Assembly: GCA_965248575.1 (NCBI GenBank)
Contig: CBDFJQ010000002.1
Coordinates: forward strand, 5,223,174 to 5,287,173
Reading direction: 5' to 3'
DNA length: 64,000 bases
Origin: Planctomycetota bacterium
GTDB lineage: Bacteria > Planctomycetota > B15-G4
How positions within the stretch are numbered: the first letter of the stretch is position 1; each line of letters begins with the position of its first letter. The position numbers were made by a program, and so were the translations under genes. Shown piece by piece: positions 22,040-32,143 of the stretch. Under the pieces are notes generated by a model, which saw only the letters and a list, made by a program, of their open reading frames with translations, made no database searches and was not told the DNA's origin.

Positions 22040-24363
22040 GCATGCAGCGTTCGTCTGAAGTGGTGGAGAGCACGAGGGTCGAATTCCTCTCCATGCCGCC
22101 CATCTGGGTCCTCGTGCTGGTCATCCTGCCGCTGCTCTTCGTGTATTGCCGCTGGGTGTATGTGCGCGAACGCGAGCGGGGTGCGGGCTGGTGGATTCCC
22201 GCAGCCCTGCGCGGATTGACTCTTGCGCTGATCATCCTCTTCCTCTGCCACCCGGTGCGCAGCACGCAGCGGGTGCGCGTGGAGCGCCCCGTCGCTGCCG
22301 TGCTCATCGATGATTCGGCGAGCATGCGCGAACGGGACATGGGCTCCGTGGCGCAAGATGCCGGCTTGCTCTTGGACGCGGATCGCCATGAGGTCCTGCA
22401 AGCCGTGCTCGAGGAACCGCTTCGGCAACTCGAACAGAACTACGAAGTCCTGCTCTATGCCGTGGGCAGTTCCCTGCGCGCCATCGGGTCCATGGACGAC
22501 CTCAGTGCTTCGGACGGTGAGACGCGTTTGGGCGATGCACTGGCTGCGCTCGCCGCCGAAACCCGTGGGCGCGTGCTCTCCCAGGTGATCCTGGTGACGG
22601 ATGGGCGCGTCAATGCGGGCCGTGACGTGACGGCGGCCTTGGCGTCCTTGACGGGTCGTCGTGTACCGGTGAACACCCTGGGGGTCGGTGACCCCGAGAT
22701 CCCTCGCGACGTGCGGATCAGCAACATCACCTCGCCCGAGGTCGCGTTGGCGGGGGACACTGTCACCTTGGAGGTGTCCGTGGCAGCCCGGGGCTATCCC
22801 GGGCGCACTTCCTCCGTCACGGTGACGGACGCCGATGCGGGCATCGATCTGGCTCAGGAGAGTTTCGCGCTCTCCGATGGTGAGGGGGCCACCGAGCAGT
22901 TGGTGCGCGTGAGTTTCGTGCCGCAAAAGGAAGGTGACCTCGACCTGCGTGTCGCGGTCTCCGTGTTCTCCGACGAGCACGACCCCTCCAACAACGTGGA
23001 GCGTCGCCTGCTGCGGGTCGAGCCAGGGCGCATCAAGGTGCTCTACATCGATGGCTACCCCCGCTACGAGTATCGCTTCCTGAAGGACTCCCTGTTGCGC
23101 GTCGGCAACATGGACGTGCAGTGCTACCTGGTCTCGGCGGGCCCGGAGTTCATCCAGGAGTCCTCCGAGGGCGTCGACTCCCTGGTGCAGGTGCCCAACA
23201 CCCTCGAGTACCTGCTCGAGAACTACCACGTCATCATCCTGGGTGATGTTCATCCCCAGGACCTGGGTGCCGACCTGGGCGAAGTGGACACGATCCTGCA
23301 GAACTTCCGGGACTTCGTAGAAGCAGGCGGCGGTCTGCTCATGCAAGCGGGGACCCGCTACTCGCCGCAGGAGTACGTGGGCACTCCCCTCGAAGACATC
23401 CTGCCGATCCTCGTCGGGGACACGGCGGCGGAGAAGCAGGCGATCCACGATCCCGGTGCCGCGTTCCGCCCGGTGCTTGAGCGACCTCGTGACCCCCATG
23501 AAATCGTCAGCCTGCTACCTGACATCGATCAGAACCTGGAACTCTGGCAGGGGGACGGCGGTCTCGCTCCCTTGACCTGGTATTTCCCCGTGGCCAAGGC
23601 GCGCACCACGGCCGAGGTGTTGTTGAGCCACCCCCAGAGTCGCAACGCGCATGGGCCGCATGTGTTGCTGGCCACGATGTACTCCCCGCAGGGGCGCACC
23701 GCTTTCCTGGCGACGGATGAGACGTGGCGTTGGCGCTTCCTGAACCTCGAGACGTACCGCGAACCCTTCTGGCGCGGGCTGATCCGCTACCTCGCCCTGA
23801 ACCGATTGCGGCGCAGCGATTACCGCTTTGACCTGGCCACGGACCGCTCCGCCTACGCGCTGGGCGAGCGCATCGGCATCACGGCCCGGGTTCGCGACGC
23901 GGGTTTCGAGCCCCTGGATGAGGAAAGCTTCGAGGTGAGCGTGGTGATGCCCGACGGGACCCGCGAACTCCTGGATCTCCCACGCGAATTGGACGGTGTC
24001 TTCAAGGGCTCGATCGCGGCTACAGACAAGGGGCCCTACCGACTGTGGTTGGTGGATCCGGACGACCCCACGGCGGAGGAGAAGTCGCCCCGCATCGTGA
24101 CTGTCAGTGTGCCCACGTCGGAAACAGACGACCCCGTCCTGGATGAATCACTGCTCGAACGCGTAGCCGCTCGCACAGGAGGGCGCTATCGATTGTTGTC
24201 CGAGGCGCCAGGCTTGCTGGCCTCCTTGGACGACCCGAAACAAGAACGGCCGCTGGACGAACCCGAGCGGGAAGAGCTGTGGGCCGGCTTTTCCCAGCTC
24301 GCGTTGCTCGTGGCCTTGCTCGCCGCGGAATGGATTGTCCGCAAACGCCGGAATCTCGTGTAG
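22036..24363 (+). CDS. Membrane VWA + class I glutamine amidotransferase-like domain protein
   Basis: Two N-terminal TMs, IDDSASM...LVTDG (VWA), KVLYIDGYPRYEYRFLK, FVEAGGGLLM, TDETWRWR, C-terminal TM LLAAEWIVRKR. ATGA overlap with the upstream gene. Confidence 0.85.
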   Translation: MSMQRSSEVVESTRVEFLSMPPIWVLVLVILPLLFVYCRWVYVRERERGAGWWIPAALRGLTLALIILFLCHPVRSTQRVRVERPVAAVLIDDSASMRERDMGSVAQDAGLLLDADRHEVLQAVLEEPLRQLEQNYEVLLYAVGSSLRAIGSMDDLSASDGETRLGDALAALAAETRGRVLSQVILVTDGRVNAGRDVTAALASLTGRRVPVNTLGVGDPEIPRDVRISNITSPEVALAGDTVTLEVSVAARGYPGRTSSVTVTDADAGIDLAQESFALSDGEGATEQLVRVSFVPQKEGDLDLRVAVSVFSDEHDPSNNVERRLLRVEPGRIKVLYIDGYPRYEYRFLKDSLLRVGNMDVQCYLVSAGPEFIQESSEGVDSLVQVPNTLEYLLENYHVIILGDVHPQDLGADLGEVDTILQNFRDFVEAGGGLLMQAGTRYSPQEYVGTPLEDILPILVGDTAAEKQAIHDPGAAFRPVLERPRDPHEIVSLLPDIDQNLELWQGDGGLAPLTWYFPVAKARTTAEVLLSHPQSRNAHGPHVLLATMYSPQGRTAFLATDETWRWRFLNLETYREPFWRGLIRYLALNRLRRSDYRFDLATDRSAYALGERIGITARVRDAGFEPLDEESFEVSVVMPDGTRELLDLPRELDGVFKGSIAATDKGPYRLWLVDPDDPTAEEKSPRIVTVSVPTSETDDPVLDESLLERVAARTGGRYRLLSEAPGLLASLDDPKQERPLDEPEREELWAGFSQLALLVALLAAEWIVRKRRNLV

Positions 24364-27300
24364 ATGGTGCCGCTTGGACTGCTGCTCTCGCTCGCCCTGC
24401 TTCCCTGCAGCCTGACGGCGCAGGAGGTGACGGATCGCTTCGAGGGCTGGCACTCCTTGTGGGACGCACGCTTCGACTTCGACCCGGACCAACGCAGCAT
24501 CCGTGGCTTCAGCGTGCGGGACACCAGCCATGCCCGGACCACGCTCGCGGAGGCGGAGCGCGCCTGGGAGCAAGGCAAGCCGGAGCGCGCCGCCCATCTG
24601 CTTCTAGAGCTCGCCGTCAGGGCGGGATCCGAGGTGGTGCAAGTGGCGGACGAATTGGAAGGCAGCCGTTGGGTCGGTGCGGGGGAGTGGGCGCTCTATC
24701 AGCTGCGCTCTCGCGTGTCACCGAGCGTGCTCAAGAGCCTCGTCTCGAACGAGGACCACAAGGCCGTACAACGTGCGGCTCAGTGGCGGGACCTGGCTGG
24801 GTTGAAGGGGCTCGCTTGGCGCTTGGAATCCTCGGACCTCGGTCGCGAGGCAACGGCCCTGCTGGCACGTCTGCTGGCGGAGCGAGGGGAATGGGAGGCA
24901 GCACGCAGCGCCGGCGAGCGGGCCTTGAGCCTCGGGGATGACAGTTCGGTGGAAGAGCTTCTCCAGAACCTGCCGACGGGCTCAGAACCAGGCAACGGGC
25001 CGCTGCGCATGCCGGCCAGCCTGGAACGGCAATGGGCCCAGACCTTCGTGATCGGCGTGTTCGGCGAGAACTTCCGGAACGTGGACAACCCCTTCGACGG
25101 GTATGTGCGCCGGAACGAGGCGCGCTTCGCGCCGATCCAGCCCGTGGTCTCCGAGAACGTGATCTACCTCATGGACTCCCTGTCGGTGTCCGCTGTGGAC
25201 GTCGTCTCCGGGCGGGCTCTTTGGCATCACGCCGGGCCCATCGAACGCGTCTTGCTCGATGGGACCGAGGACAAATGGTTCGACTACTCGGTGTACGGGT
25301 ACCGCGCGCGTCCCCGGGCCATCAACCCCTACCAGGTTGCGCGCCCGGTGTTGGCGGGACAGAAGCTCTTGGCCAGTGTGCAAGTGACGGAGGCTCGCCA
25401 CCCGCTGGACGAATTCGACGGCTACCCCATCAACCACCCGCTGCCACATCGTCGCTTACGGGCCCTGGATCGGGACACGGGCGAGGTGCTCTGGATCCAG
25501 GAGCAGCCAGATGCGCCGGATTGGGATTTCGTCAGTCACTTCGACGTGGCCGGCCCCCCTGCCGTGGGTGGGGGTGTGGTGTATGCCTCGGGCTCGGTGA
25601 CGGAGGGAGCGATCAATGCCTACATTGCCGCCTTCGATCTGGAGACGGGCGCCTTGCTATGGCGGACCTTGCTGTGTTCAGGGCAGCAGGAACTCACCAT
25701 GTTCAACCGACCCTTCCAGGAACACCTGATTTCGCCCCCGCTGCTCGCGGATGGTTCGCTCTACGTGTCGACCAACCTGGGCGTGGTGGCCAGCGTGGAC
25801 GCCTGGTCCGGGCGCGTCCGTTGGGTGACGGGCTACGAGCCCATCCCACGCAACGGCTCCAGCATGGTGAACCCGGACAGCGTGGCGCGCGACATCCATT
25901 GGCAGAATCAGGAGCCCTTCGTGGAGGGGGGCCTGCTGTTCGTGGCGCCCCTCGACAGCCGGCGCATGCTGGCCCTCGAGCCCCAGACGGGGCGACTGAT
26001 CTATCGCTTGGATGCCTTCACGCGTACGGGGCGCACACCAGTCCGTCACCAAGTGATTCCCCGCGGGGATGGCAAGCTGCTGGTGCTGACGGGGATGGGC
26101 ATCGAGTGCTACGACGCGCGCACGGGTGCTGTCGTCTGGCCGCACAAGCTGCTCGACACGGGGGCAGACTCCCGTTACCTGGATGAGATCACGGGAGCGA
26201 CGACACGCACCGGTGACACGTTGCTGGTTCCCTGTGCGCGACAGCTGGTGTTCGTGGATGTCTGGTCAGGCGAAGTGACCGGCGGCATGGACTGGCAGTC
26301 GTCTGCACGGGGAGCGGCGGTGCAACGGGTGGTTCACGCTGGTTCGGCCTTCATCATGAACGATGGTCGCGAGCTGTCTGCAGCCATGGACACCGCGAGC
26401 CTGGTTGCCGAGGCGGAGGCAGCTCTCGCTGCGCGAGGCGACTCGCCGGTGCCTGCAGCGGAGCAGCTCCTGTTGGCTGAGGTGGCCTTGACAGAGCGAC
26501 GCTATGAGGACGCTCACCAACTGTTCGAGCAGGTGCTGCTGGCGGATGAGCAGGGCGCTGCTCCGGTGTCCTTGCGCCCCGAAGCTGCCCGGGCGCGTGC
26601 CCGGTCGGGGCGCCTGGAAGCGTCGGTGCGGCGGGCGCGCTTCAGCGAATCTGCCGAGGACTGGAGCCGTGTGTTGGCCATGACGAGCAGCACCGAGCAG
26701 CTGTTCGAGTGGGCTCCCACGGCATTCCGCGCGCTGGAACGTGAGGGGAAGCTGCGCGAGGTCTCTGACTGGTTGACGGAGCTGTCGTTGCGTTCGCCAG
26801 ACCGCCTGCTCGATTATGGTGACGACGGGCCGCAGGCCGCGCGCACCCTTGCGGCTCGCTTCCGGCTGCCGTTCGTGACGGTTGAAGAGGGGCTGGCCCT
26901 GCTGCACGAACTCTTGTTGGCGCGGCCCGGGGCTCAGTGGAACGGTCTGCCTGTGCGCGATGAGGCCCTGCGCCGCATCGAAAGCATGCTGGAGCTGCAC
27001 GGGCGGGACGTGTACGCCGAATACGAGCAGCGTGCCCAGACGGAGCTGGACCGCGGCCTGCCCCTGGAGGTCGTCGAGGTGCGCTTTCCCAATGCCTTGG
27101 CGGTGGGGCGCGAACGCGCATCCGAGCTGGACAGGTTGTTGGAGCAGGGGCGCAGCCGCGAGGCCTTCGAAGGCGTTGCGCTGCTGGGTGCCAGTCCGGG
27201 CAAGCTGGCCTTGCGAGAGCGGGCGGCCCGGGCCCTGGGCGAGGTCGAGTTTGCCGACCTGCTTGCAGGAAGCCGACCGCTGGTGAAAGGCATGCGGCCC

Positions 27301-28626
27301 TTGCCGCGCTTGCCGCTGCGCGGCGACGGTCGGCTGACTCACGTCCTCAGCCCCCAGAACGATGTCGTCTTCCGGCAATCGGTGGGGCACCCGAGCCCGG
27401 AGTACGCTGCGTGCGCGCTCGGGGTCGTCGACGGCGAGGGAGAGATGTTCCTGCTCGATGCGAGCACGGGCACGGTGAAATGGCGTGGGCATTCGCTCCC
27501 CGGCGGCTCCCGGCGAGTCTCTGCTGGTCTCGACATCCAACTGGAGAGCGACCTCTACGTGGTCCGGGCGGGCTCGAGTGTCGAAGTCGGCCGCCTTTCG
27601 GATGGACAGCCGCTGTGGTCCGCAACGGTGCCCGCCTTCTTCAGCATGGCGACGGGTGGCGGACTGGTGTTCACCTTGCGCGAACTCAGCGACGACACCT
27701 TGCGCGTGGATGCCTTCGGCTTGCGAACGGGAGCCCATGCCTACTCAATCGACTTGAAGGATGCCCAGAGCGCTTCCGACCTCCAGTTCGTCGGCGCCCA
27801 CCTGTTTGTTTCCACGCGAGCCTCGGGACCCTTCGGCCGCAGCAGCACCCGGCGCCTGGTCGTGTTGGACATCGAGCGCGGCGAAGTGGCTTCCTCCAGC
27901 GTCGTGGACGCTGACTATCGGGTGATCAACACGCTCGCGGACCCGCCGACGGTCTTCTTGGCTGCCCGGGAGTCCCGCTCGCGATCCAAGCTTGCCGCGT
28001 GGGATCCGGCCAGTGCGTCGATCCTCTGGGAATCAGACGTTCCTGACGGCCAGGTCACCAGCAGTGAGCTGTTCCCCGCCGGGCCAGGGCGCATGGTGTA
28101 CTGCGAATCCACCGCTTTGGAAGGCAGCGTGGGGCATGCGGACATCCTGCATCCCATCGACGCCCTTCGGGGCCCCCTGGACGCGCCTCCCGGTGTGCCC
28201 TTGTTCACCGTGGTGGACGGCGATGGGGGGGCGGCGACGCCCTTGCTCGTGATGCGCGACCCACTGAGCAAGGAATCGGTCTGCGTCGTGGATGCCAGCA
28301 CGGGCGGCGTGCTGTACACGCTGGAGTTCGACACGCCGCTGAGCGGCTTCACCCAGGCGTTCCAAGGGGCCGACGGCTACGTGATCGTGTCGGAGACCTC
28401 CTACCAACCCAGCTTCGTCACCTCCGCGTGGATCGTTCATGGTGAGGACGGGGAAGAGCGATACAGTGTCTCCCTCGACGAACCCAGCCAGCGGGACTCT
28501 GCCGATGTCTTGCTGGTGGATGGCGCGGTGTTGTTGGCCATTCGCGGCACGGTCCATGTCATTCGGGATGTCGACGCAAGAGGAGCTGTCCGAGGCCCGT
28601 CCGACAGTGAGGACACCCAGAAGTGA
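24364..28626 (+). CDS. Large exported PQQ-like beta-propeller / TPR protein (1420 aa)
   Basis: Signal peptide ending LTA-QE. Many A.D..TG..LW blade motifs (AVDVVSGRALW, ALDRDTGEVLW, AFDLETGALLW, CYDARTGAVVW, LLDASTGTVKW) in two blocks separated by TPR-like helices. Confidence 0.8.
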   Translation: MVPLGLLLSLALLPCSLTAQEVTDRFEGWHSLWDARFDFDPDQRSIRGFSVRDTSHARTTLAEAERAWEQGKPERAAHLLLELAVRAGSEVVQVADELEGSRWVGAGEWALYQLRSRVSPSVLKSLVSNEDHKAVQRAAQWRDLAGLKGLAWRLESSDLGREATALLARLLAERGEWEAARSAGERALSLGDDSSVEELLQNLPTGSEPGNGPLRMPASLERQWAQTFVIGVFGENFRNVDNPFDGYVRRNEARFAPIQPVVSENVIYLMDSLSVSAVDVVSGRALWHHAGPIERVLLDGTEDKWFDYSVYGYRARPRAINPYQVARPVLAGQKLLASVQVTEARHPLDEFDGYPINHPLPHRRLRALDRDTGEVLWIQEQPDAPDWDFVSHFDVAGPPAVGGGVVYASGSVTEGAINAYIAAFDLETGALLWRTLLCSGQQELTMFNRPFQEHLISPPLLADGSLYVSTNLGVVASVDAWSGRVRWVTGYEPIPRNGSSMVNPDSVARDIHWQNQEPFVEGGLLFVAPLDSRRMLALEPQTGRLIYRLDAFTRTGRTPVRHQVIPRGDGKLLVLTGMGIECYDARTGAVVWPHKLLDTGADSRYLDEITGATTRTGDTLLVPCARQLVFVDVWSGEVTGGMDWQSSARGAAVQRVVHAGSAFIMNDGRELSAAMDTASLVAEAEAALAARGDSPVPAAEQLLLAEVALTERRYEDAHQLFEQVLLADEQGAAPVSLRPEAARARARSGRLEASVRRARFSESAEDWSRVLAMTSSTEQLFEWAPTAFRALEREGKLREVSDWLTELSLRSPDRLLDYGDDGPQAARTLAARFRLPFVTVEEGLALLHELLLARPGAQWNGLPVRDEALRRIESMLELHGRDVYAEYEQRAQTELDRGLPLEVVEVRFPNALAVGRERASELDRLLEQGRSREAFEGVALLGASPGKLALRERAARALGEVEFADLLAGSRPLVKGMRPLPRLPLRGDGRLTHVLSPQNDVVFRQSVGHPSPEYAACALGVVDGEGEMFLLDASTGTVKWRGHSLPGGSRRVSAGLDIQLESDLYVVRAGSSVEVGRLSDGQPLWSATVPAFFSMATGGGLVFTLRELSDDTLRVDAFGLRTGAHAYSIDLKDAQSASDLQFVGAHLFVSTRASGPFGRSSTRRLVVLDIERGEVASSSVVDADYRVINTLADPPTVFLAARESRSRSKLAAWDPASASILWESDVPDGQVTSSELFPAGPGRMVYCESTALEGSVGHADILHPIDALRGPLDAPPGVPLFTVVDGDGGAATPLLVMRDPLSKESVCVVDASTGGVLYTLEFDTPLSGFTQAFQGADGYVIVSETSYQPSFVTSAWIVHGEDGEERYSVSLDEPSQRDSADVLLVDGAVLLAIRGTVHVIRDVDARGAVRGPSDSEDTQK

Positions 28627-28636
28627 GACGTAGCCC

Positions 28637-29905
28637 ATGACACGGACAAAGAGCAGCACACTTCCTACCAGCCCGGGCTTGGTCGACGCGCAGCGCGAGC
28701 GTGCGGAGAGCGGGCAGGTGCGGGAGACGCGCACTCTCGTCGGCGCTGGGCCCAGGGGCTCCGTGCTGGCGCTCGTCTGCGTGCTCTGGGCGTCCGGCCT
28801 GGCGTCTGCTTCTCCTGCGTGGCGCCTCGCCGACGATCTGCCGACGCAGGGCGACATCACGGAGTCGTCGGTGGCTGCCGTGAACTCTGCATTGGGCTAT
28901 CTCGCGAGCATCCAGGACCCCGTGAGCGGGGCCTGGACCGCGGACATCGGCTACAAGCTCAACCAGAGCTATGAACTCAGCGCCAAGCAGCAGCCGCATG
29001 TGGGCGTGACGGCCATGGCGGCCTTGGCCTTCCTCTCGGCGGGCCATCTTCCGAACCGGGGTGAGTACGGCGACGTCATCGGCCGGGCGACGGACTACGT
29101 GCTCAGCTGCATGACCGAGACCGGTCACATCACGCGCCACGGCTCGCGCATGTACAGCCATGCCTTCGCGACGCTGTACCTGGCCGAGGTGTATGGGATG
29201 ACGGACCGCTACGACCTCAAGGAGCGGCTGCAACGGGCGGTGGACTTCATCGTGGACTGTCAGAACGAGCACGGCTCCTGGCGTTACGAGCCGCACGCCG
29301 CCGAATCCGACATGTCCATCACCGTCTGCCAGCTGAACGCCCTGCGTGCGGCCCGCAACGTTGGTATCCGTGTGCCGAAGAGCACCATCGACCGGGCAGG
29401 CGAGTACATCGCACGAAGCTACGTCGAGCAGGATCAAGGGCGCTTCCGGAGCCACGGCTATTACCGACTTGGCAAGGGAGCCTTCAAGTACCAGGAAGGC
29501 ACGAGCGGGACCCGCTCATCCTTCGCCCTGACCGCAGCGGGTCTTGCCTCGCTGCACAACGCAGGCGTGAACGGCATGAGTCTCGAATCGGGCGGCAAGG
29601 AGATCGACCTGCGGCACAGCATCGAGTTCTTGCAGGAATGTTCCACCACCGTCGATGCCGACAGTCGTTACGGCTTCCACTTCTTCTATTGGTACGGCCA
29701 CTACTACGCCACCCAGGCGCTCTATGTCATAGGAGGCGATATCTGGGCCTGGTACTACCCGAAGCTGCGGGAGGAAATCGTCGCCTCGCAGCGCGCGGAC
29801 GGGAGCTTCCCGTGCCGGATCGGACCAGGCGAGGCTTTCTCGACGGCGGCGGGTGCTGTGATCTTGTCCTTGCCGTATGGCTACCTTCCGATCTTCCAGC
29901 GCTAA
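28637..29905 (+). CDS. Prenyltransferase/squalene-oxidase-repeat (alpha/alpha toroid) protein, copy 1
   Basis: ALGYLASIQ..SGAW, CQNEHGSWRY, SDMSITVCQLNALRAA, YWYGHYYATQA, SQRADGSF, ends YLPIFQR. A signal-like segment lies ~40 aa in, so the true start may be the GTG near 28718. Confidence 0.8.
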   Translation: MTRTKSSTLPTSPGLVDAQRERAESGQVRETRTLVGAGPRGSVLALVCVLWASGLASASPAWRLADDLPTQGDITESSVAAVNSALGYLASIQDPVSGAWTADIGYKLNQSYELSAKQQPHVGVTAMAALAFLSAGHLPNRGEYGDVIGRATDYVLSCMTETGHITRHGSRMYSHAFATLYLAEVYGMTDRYDLKERLQRAVDFIVDCQNEHGSWRYEPHAAESDMSITVCQLNALRAARNVGIRVPKSTIDRAGEYIARSYVEQDQGRFRSHGYYRLGKGAFKYQEGTSGTRSSFALTAAGLASLHNAGVNGMSLESGGKEIDLRHSIEFLQECSTTVDADSRYGFHFFYWYGHYYATQALYVIGGDIWAWYYPKLREEIVASQRADGSFPCRIGPGEAFSTAAGAVILSLPYGYLPIFQR

Positions 29906-29914
29906 GGACTGTTG

Positions 29915-32143
29915 ATGTCGCCGAGTTCCCAAATCCCTCTTGAGACGATGCCGTCGCAGGAGCCCCACGCCGTGCGCCGCCGACTGGAGCAGGTGGTCTC
30001 GAGGATCCGGCTGCTGCATGTCGTGGCGGGTTGTTCACGGGTCCTGAGTCTCGCCTTGTTGGCAGTGGTCCTACTCTACGTGGCGGACCGCTTTCTCGAG
30101 TTGCCGATCGCGGTGCGGGCGGCCCTGGGCCTGGGTGCCCTGATCGCCCTGGGTGTCCAGACCTGGAAGCGCATCGTGCGCCCTGTCTGGGTCGGAGTCA
30201 GCAGGCTCGAAGCTGCACGCCTCGTGGAGCAGCATTTGTCCGACTTCGACGGTCGCCTGGTGTCGTCGCTGCAGTTGGCTGAAGGGACTCCTGGGTCCTT
30301 CGAACATCAAGTTGCCGAGGAAGCTGCGCGTGTGTGCGAGGCGCTCGACTTGCGTTCCGTGCTCGTGGCGCGACCATCGATGGTGGAGCTGCTGCGGGCA
30401 GCAGGTCTCGCCTTGAGCGTGGCCGTGGTCGTCGTCGTGGCCCGGCCATCGCTCGACGTGTTTTTCTCGAGGCTTCAGCTCAACGACACGCCCTGGCCTC
30501 GTGACACCACCCTGGAGCTGATCCTGCCTGAGCGTTCGCCTGTCCATGCGCTGCTTCCCGACGGTTCGGTGGTGGCATCACGCGGCGGCGTTCTCAGTGT
30601 TGCGGGCGCCTGGACGGGGGTGAAACCTGAGCGGGTCGAACTGGTCGTTGAGGGCTCGGCTGGCACGCGTTCGGGACCCATGACACTCGACTCCTCGGGA
30701 CGCTACCGCGGCAGCCTCCGACTGGAGGCTGGGGATGCTGCCATTCGCGTGCGAGGGGGAGATGACAAGGGTGACGAGAACCTGATGGCGCTGCAGGTGG
30801 TGGAGCCGCCGCGGCTCGACGCACCCGACTTCTTGTTGCAGATGCCCAGCTACCTCGGCCTCGACGAGCAGACGGTCGGTCCGGAAGGGCTGTCGGTTCC
30901 TGAAGGCACGCGCATCTCCCTGAGCGGGCGCGCCAGTGCTGCGGTCACGGAGGGCGAGCTGCAGTTCCTGGGCCAGGTGGAGCCCGTGCCGCTGGAGGTC
31001 CAGCAGCAGGGGGAGGAGTGGTGGATTCGAGGGGAGTTCGTGGCGGAGACCTCGGACACCTTGAGCGTGCTCTTGGCGGGTGCGCACGGATTGTCCACCC
31101 CCGATCCGAGCCACCACCCGCTCGTGGTGAAGGAGGACCGGCCGCCCACCTTGCGAATCTATGCGCCGCCGCGATCGGACATCAAGGTGACCTCGCGAGC
31201 CCTGGTGCCCTTCGCTGTCGTTGCAGAGGACGATCACGGAGTGCGCTCGGTGGTCCTGGATCCTGCGGACGGTGGGCCGAGGTCCTTCGAGCGGGATGTC
31301 GCCCAGGCCAAGCAATACCGTCATGTGCTGGACCTGGCTGAGCTGGGTCTGACGGGCACCTTCTCCTATGCGCTCGAAGCGACCGACGGTCGGGATCTCC
31401 CGGGCAAGGGGCCGCAGATCGCGAGGGTGGAGGGGCGTCGCATCGACATCGTGGATGACAGTGAGGTGCAGCGCCTGTTGGCAGACCGTCAGTTGCGCCT
31501 CAAGGAGAGCCTTCAGGGACTGCGCGAGCGGCAGCTGCGAGCCAGCGAGTCCCTGCTGGACCTGATGGCCGAGGACAGCGACGCCTTCGAGGATGTCGAT
31601 GGAGAACTCGTGGCCGCGGCCGTGGCGCAGAACCAGGTGAGTACGCGCCTGGTGCGCGAGGCTCGTGAGCTCTGCGCCATCCTGGAAGAGACCATGACGA
31701 ACAGGCTGGACCAGGGCCCCGGTGCCGAGGCGATCCTGGAGCGCCGCCTCGCGGACTGGTTGGCGCATCCCGTCGACGGGTCCTTTGACGCGGCTTCTTG
31801 GCGTCAACTCGCGTCCGACTACGCTGCTCGTCGCTACGGACGCTTGGACACCCTAGGGCGCTTGCTCGACATGGCGGGCCTGGCCTTGGAACTCAGCGAG
31901 GAGTTGTCACCCGCTGCGCACGAGGCCTTGACGGCCGCCCGTCAGCTTCCTGGGCTCAGCGCTTATCAGACGGCCCGCTCCGCCCAGGAGAAGGTGGAGC
32001 AAGTGCTTGCGCTCCTGCTCGACCGGATGGACGAGTGGGAGGACTATCAGGAGGTGCTCTCCCTCGTAAAGACCTTGATCCAGGATCAACAGAGCCTGCG
32101 CAGCCGGACGGAACAGGCCCTGAAAGCCACGGGAGGAAACTGA
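29915..32143 (+). CDS. Membrane-anchored Ig-like/helical protein (DUF4175-like)
   Basis: Three N-terminal TMs, ARLVE...DGRLVSSLQL, WPRDT, DRPP.L, AEDDHGV, helical C-terminus. AAGGA RBS precedes ATG 29915. Confidence 0.65.
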   Translation: MSPSSQIPLETMPSQEPHAVRRRLEQVVSRIRLLHVVAGCSRVLSLALLAVVLLYVADRFLELPIAVRAALGLGALIALGVQTWKRIVRPVWVGVSRLEAARLVEQHLSDFDGRLVSSLQLAEGTPGSFEHQVAEEAARVCEALDLRSVLVARPSMVELLRAAGLALSVAVVVVVARPSLDVFFSRLQLNDTPWPRDTTLELILPERSPVHALLPDGSVVASRGGVLSVAGAWTGVKPERVELVVEGSAGTRSGPMTLDSSGRYRGSLRLEAGDAAIRVRGGDDKGDENLMALQVVEPPRLDAPDFLLQMPSYLGLDEQTVGPEGLSVPEGTRISLSGRASAAVTEGELQFLGQVEPVPLEVQQQGEEWWIRGEFVAETSDTLSVLLAGAHGLSTPDPSHHPLVVKEDRPPTLRIYAPPRSDIKVTSRALVPFAVVAEDDHGVRSVVLDPADGGPRSFERDVAQAKQYRHVLDLAELGLTGTFSYALEATDGRDLPGKGPQIARVEGRRIDIVDDSEVQRLLADRQLRLKESLQGLRERQLRASESLLDLMAEDSDAFEDVDGELVAAAVAQNQVSTRLVREARELCAILEETMTNRLDQGPGAEAILERRLADWLAHPVDGSFDAASWRQLASDYAARRYGRLDTLGRLLDMAGLALELSEELSPAAHEALTAARQLPGLSAYQTARSAQEKVEQVLALLLDRMDEWEDYQEVLSLVKTLIQDQQSLRSRTEQALKATGGN

